Position numbers and translations under genes: made by a program. A DNA stretch of 39,667 nt from Candidatus Nealsonbacteria bacterium CG07_land_8_20_14_0_80_39_13. Lineage in GTDB: Bacteria > Patescibacteriota > Minisyncoccia > Minisyncoccales > GCA-002779355. Below are positions 36,101 through 39,667 of the stretch, in pieces. A model generated the notes under the pieces. It did not search any database. It worked only from the letters and a program-made list of their open reading frames with translations, and had not been told where the DNA came from. The first letter of the stretch is position 1. Each line of letters starts with the position of its first letter. The stretch lies in the NCBI GenBank assembly GCA_002779355.1, contig PEWS01000027.1, forward strand, positions 1 through 39,667. The letters run 5' to 3'.

Positions 36101-36164
36101 CTCAGTTGGTTAGAGCGCGTCACTGATAATGACGAGGTCCGTGGTTCGAGTCCACGCTCGCGCA
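36091..36164 (+). tRNA. tRNA-Ile (anticodon GAU)
   Basis: GCGCGTG-TA-GCTC-AGTTGGTTA-GAGC-G-CGTCA-CTGATAA-TGACG-AGGTC-CGTGG-TTCGAGT-CCACG-CTCGCGC-A. Confidence 0.9.
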
Positions 36165-36243
36165 CTCTTTCACCTCGCTCTCTTGCCGTTATTCGGCAGG
36201 GGGAACGGAGTTTTGTTTTAAGGCGGTTTTTTGTTTGAAATAC

Positions 36244-36272
36244 TTGACAAGATTTATATAGTATGCTATACT
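36244..36272 (+). promoter_or_regulatory. Consensus promoter TTGACA-17-TATACT
   Basis: -35 at 36244-36249 and -10 at 36267-36272. An ATG follows 6 nt later, at 36279. Confidence 0.7.
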
Positions 36273-36278
36273 TACATC

Positions 36279-36422
36279 ATGAGAGTTAATCCTGAGCAGA
36301 CATACGAAAAAGTGCTCAGGGGAAAGTACGGAGAGGTGTATTATCTTTCGTTCACAAGGGGGACGCCCGTACCGCCGAACGTAGGCGATTGCAGGAGATT
36401 TTCTCATCCATGGAAGAGCTAA
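36279..36422 (+). other. Leaderless 47-codon sORF or a ~127-nt structured RNA; status unresolved
   Basis: As an ORF it reads MRVNPEQTYEKVLRGKYGEVYYLSFTRGTPVPPNVGDCRRFSHPWKS. The same bases fold into a closing stem ATGAGAG/TTCTCAT plus three hairpins. Confidence 0.35.
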
Positions 36423-36854
36423 AGAAGTTCCTTCTTAGTCAGGAGGATTTCAATGATTTTTCTAGATTTGAAGATGCAGAGAGCTGCATTTTCAAGGACG
36501 AAAAATTCCCGTGCGCCTTCACGGGATAGGTGTTTAAGGGAGCACGACAATAATTGTCCTCTGCCCCTATATTTCTAAGTTCGGAATTACATTATTAAAA
36601 AATTACGAATTTAGAAATGCTCCGGTCCCGCTGAAAGCGGGACGGGGGTTTAAAGAAAGAAGTCGGAAGCGCTTTCGCGACGGGGATATCTCTTTCCAGT
36701 TCTTCGCAAGAAGAACAATCTCTGTTACGAAAGCACCCCCGGCTTTTTTCAGTCCAGAGGACTATTCAGCCCAGAGAGCTTTCAAGTTGTAAATGTGTCA
36801 ATGAGGAGGTAAAATAGAAAAATAAGAACAATATTTAGAATATTTTTGAACTCT

Positions 36855-37814
36855 ATGAAAACTCGAAAGGAAGATAATATAATTTACCATGGTAGTAATT
36901 GGGTATTGGTTGAAACCCAAGATGATAATCTTTTTGATATATTGTACAAAGAAGGGTACGAGAGAGTGGTTTTGGTGAATCAATTGGGTGTGGACGGTAC
37001 ATTTGAATATATTATTGGCAAAAAAACAGAAAAAACGGATGATTTTCCGGTCGGCCCAGAAACCGAAGAAGGATCGATACTTTTCGAATTAAATAAATTA
37101 GAGATGGGTTGGGCTGGCAGTATTCAGTATGGTGGAGCGCCAATAAATACTGATGGTTCGAGATCATTGCTTACTCCGCAGATGGTCATCAGTGTTATTA
37201 ATAAAGTTGTCAATAAAAAGGATGAACAAAATTTTCTAATCGGCAAAGATCAACAATTTGAAATTGACCCGGAAAAATTATTCTCCAAAGAATCATCATG
37301 CTATCAAGTGGAAACAGATCGGCTGGGCAAAGTATCCTATGTAAACATAGATAACGCCGCTACAACTCCGCCTTTTATATCGGTGCAAAATGGCGTTAAT
37401 GATTATTTAAAGACTTATGGTTCAGTTCATCGTGGAGCTGGTACTAAATCAAAAATATCTACTGATATTTACGAACAAACACGGCAAGTCATTAAAAATT
37501 TTGTTGGGGCTCCGGAAAATTTTTATGTTCTTTTTTCCGGAAACACAACTGGAGCCATGAATAATGTAGCCTATTTTTTCTCATTTCTTGATGGAAAGGT
37601 GGCGGTATCGGAAATAGAGCATAGCTCATCTTGGTTGCCATGGATTAAAGCTGAAGGTGAAAGATCGTTGGGAGCAAATCGCGTTGATTTTGCACATGTG
37701 CATGAAACACAAGAAAAAATACAAGAAGCGGGTCGTGAAATGGTTTTGAGGTATCCACTCAATAGCGAAGGTGAGTTTGACCTCGCTGGCATTGAAGAAA
37801 TGCTAAAAAAATAA
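36855..37814 (+). CDS. Class V aminotransferase / cysteine desulfurase-like PLP enzyme, 5' fragment with ~150-aa N-terminal extension
   Basis: NIDNAATTPPF, SVHRGAG, FSGNTTGAMN, EIEHSS..PW. It ends at a TAA right after an A7 run. Confidence 0.75.
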   Translation: MKTRKEDNIIYHGSNWVLVETQDDNLFDILYKEGYERVVLVNQLGVDGTFEYIIGKKTEKTDDFPVGPETEEGSILFELNKLEMGWAGSIQYGGAPINTDGSRSLLTPQMVISVINKVVNKKDEQNFLIGKDQQFEIDPEKLFSKESSCYQVETDRLGKVSYVNIDNAATTPPFISVQNGVNDYLKTYGSVHRGAGTKSKISTDIYEQTRQVIKNFVGAPENFYVLFSGNTTGAMNNVAYFFSFLDGKVAVSEIEHSSSWLPWIKAEGERSLGANRVDFAHVHETQEKIQEAGREMVLRYPLNSEGEFDLAGIEEMLKK

Positions 37815-37833
37815 TAAAATTAAGGCGTTTATT

Positions 37834-38607
37834 TTGACTGCCTCGTCAAATCTGACTGGTTATCGTCCAGATATTAAAAAAATTGGCGAACTTGTTCATA
37901 AATATGGAGCATACTATATTATCGATGCTTGCCAATTTTTGCAACACCACAAAGTTGATATGATGGAAATGGGAATAGACTTTCTGGCCGTTTTCGGACA
38001 CAAATTTTACGCGCCTTATGGTGGTGGTTTTCTTATTGGGCCAAAAAACTTTTTGGATGAATTTTTGCCGTATCAGATTGGCGGTGGCAACTTGCCCTAC
38101 ATTACAAGGGAGGGTGTGTTCTTGCGCTATAAAAATCAATTAGCGCATGATCCCGGTACACCAAACGCCGTTGGCGCTGTCTCTATGGCTATCGCGCTTA
38201 ATCAATTGAAAAAAATCGGAATCGAAAAAATTGAATCATATGAATCAAATTTAGCGAGAGAAGCATTTGACGTTTTGAAAAAAAACGAAAAGGTTCGTCT
38301 GCTTGTAAAGAGTAATCACTTAAGTACAGTAATACCTTTTATCATAGAAGGGCAGGATTCACAGATAGTTGCCGAACGCTTAAATAAAGAATTTGGAATA
38401 GGCGTTCGCGCTGGAAGTTTTTGCGTGTATGACGTGGTAAGAAATCTTTTGGGAATAGAGGACGAGCAGAAAATAATTGAGGCCGTTAATCATGGCGATA
38501 CCTCGCTTATACCAGGAATTATTCGGGCATCTTTTGCGCTTTGCAACTCAAGAAATGATGTAAAAAGATTTATTCAAGCAATAAATTGCGTTACTCAAAA
38601 TAATTAA
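37834..38607 (+). CDS. Class V aminotransferase-like PLP enzyme, 3' fragment (frame open from 37807)
   Basis: TASSNLTGY, IIDACQ, the PLP-lysine block FGHKFYAPYGGGFLIG, and VRAGSFC. Confidence 0.75.
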   Translation: MTASSNLTGYRPDIKKIGELVHKYGAYYIIDACQFLQHHKVDMMEMGIDFLAVFGHKFYAPYGGGFLIGPKNFLDEFLPYQIGGGNLPYITREGVFLRYKNQLAHDPGTPNAVGAVSMAIALNQLKKIGIEKIESYESNLAREAFDVLKKNEKVRLLVKSNHLSTVIPFIIEGQDSQIVAERLNKEFGIGVRAGSFCVYDVVRNLLGIEDEQKIIEAVNHGDTSLIPGIIRASFALCNSRNDVKRFIQAINCVTQNN

Positions 38608-38740
38608 ATATATGAATAATAAAAAATCACAAATGTTTAGCGAAACACCAGCTGTACTGCAACGCGAGGATCATAAGTATATGTCTACCGAAGACAAAAA
38701 ATGTGAAAAGGAAATAACCGAAGAAAAAAAAGAGAGGTAG

Positions 38741-39667
38741 AGGCAAATCCTTCGCAAGATTCCGGTTGCAGTAAATAACTTTTACGGTGATCCTGTTATA
38801 CAGTGGGAAAACACAATTGAAAAATTAGGAAATTTAGAAAAAAGTCGTCATACTGGTCCAATTGGGATTATTATGAAGGGGAAGCTTGACGAGAGGAAAG
38901 TAACGGAACTTAAAGAAAAAAAAGAGAAGGGATTAAATTTAGTAATTTTAATTTCTATTTCTGAATTAACAGAGTTAGAAGGAACTGATTCTGCGCATCG
39001 TTATGAAAATATCCGTATGTTAACCGAGGCCGGCGTACCAGCTATTGCTTATATTCGTCCGATGATGCCCCCCTTTAATACTTCTGAGGAGGTGATTGGC
39101 AAAATTTTTTCACAGTTAAAAGAGGCCGGTTGCACTTCCGCAGTTGCATCTGGTTTTCGTGGCGACGAAGCTTTAGTGGAAAGACTTTCTCCCGACGAAA
39201 GAGTGCAATGGGCTATGCGGGTAAAGGTAATGCCCGGAGAAATTTTTAAAAGAATCAAAAAATATGCCGAAGCAAATAACATCCAGTTATTTACTCGAAC
39301 CGCTTGCGCTGTTTCTGCTGCCACTGGAGGAGAAAGAACCTATAATCCATACTACAATAGTCCTAATTTAGTTAAATGCACGGAATTAAATTGTCCGATA
39401 CAGGACACTTGCGCTCCGCTTTCCGAGCCGAAAGAAGGATCGCTTGAACTTATAAAACGATTAGGGTTTGATGTGGAATTTGTTCCTTCTGCCAATGGAA
39501 AAGCGTGTGGTGTAAGCGGGGAAGACAGATTGAGATGTCCCTCTTGTTGCACGACTTGTTATTTTTCCAGCAATATTCCCCACTTATTGGTTAGGGGCAA
39601 TGTGAATTTAGGAGACTTGGCTTTTATCAGATTTACGACCGGCATGATGGCTATGCAACCAGGACGA
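38741..39667 (+). CDS. Partial ORF running off the window; TIM-barrel-like region, then a Cys-rich CPSCCTTCY (CX3CX2C) motif
   Basis: Hand translation gives an open frame from 38741 to 39667 with no stop. It is in the same frame as the 42-codon ORF 38612-38740, separated by one TAG. It is not in the ORF track. Confidence 0.55.

Noticed and set aside
36279-36750. The structured gap could be RNase P RNA, tmRNA, SRP RNA, 5S rRNA or a T-box, TPP or glycine riboswitch.
   Set aside because: Only short chance-level resemblances were seen: GGAAAGTACGG against GGAAAGUCCGG, CCGAAC, GTACCGCC. The defining conserved blocks of each family (for example ACAGAACCCGGCUUA, the tRNA-like tmRNA ends, CUGAGA...) are absent. 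It is left as unclassified rather than assigned.
36800-36808. A perfect GAGGAGGT upstream of the PLP-enzyme gene could be a Shine-Dalgarno.
   Set aside because: It lies about 48 nt before the ATG at 36855, which is too far. No other gene in the window uses an SD, and the 16S lacks the complementary sequence.

Overview
AT-rich, densely packed, housekeeping-dominated segment. Gene content and style suggest a small-genome Patescibacteria/CPR-like bacterium (inference): archaeal-type apgM, a LamG-type pilin, lysine-rich tails on FtsZ, L31 and L25, and a 16S gene not linked to 23S. The genetic code is standard, because TGA ends many ORFs and RF2 carries a UGA frameshift site.

Recognisable content:
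- Translation: prfB with its +1 programmed frameshift, prfA, rpmE, rpsB, tsf, rplY.
- Division: ftsE, ftsX, ftsZ.
- Glycolysis and central carbon: pyk, eno, apgM, gap, ppsA, a PfkB kinase, fba, acs.
- Other housekeeping: greA, rarA, trxB, a glutaredoxin-like protein.
- Two type II toxin-antitoxin pairs: DUF433/DUF5615 and hicBA.
- A RAYT-like HUH Y1 transposase and a small GIY-YIG nuclease.
- Three tRNAs and a monocistronic 16S rRNA.

Main second-look items:
1. A family of GC-rich palindromic elements, about 35-55 nt, sits in frame inside prfB, prfA (twice) and acs. All copies encode a shared P-A-R-N-A-S...S-D-A-G-G peptide, and degenerate relatives lie in spacers. This resembles the Rickettsia palindromic elements, and a RAYT gene bracketed by its own hairpin inverted repeat lies in the same window.
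2. The 16S 3' end reads GATCA-ATAATTTTT instead of GATCA-CCTCCTTA, so there is no anti-Shine-Dalgarno. No gene here has an SD, and several operon-leading genes have a -10 box 6-7 nt before the ATG (leaderless layout).
3. The GIY-YIG gene is flanked by a decayed duplicate of the 5' half of tRNA-Ile.
4. A gap of about 690 nt lacks any long ORF but has a consensus promoter, small ORFs and GC-rich hairpins. It lies upstream of a disrupted PLP-enzyme gene and a Cys-rich, radical-SAM-like gene.
5. Hypermutable tracts occur in coding sequence: G10 in the pilin and a 7-nt tandem repeat in enolase.

The ORF track misses prfB ORF0, several ORFs under 60 aa, and a long ORF that runs off the 3' end.
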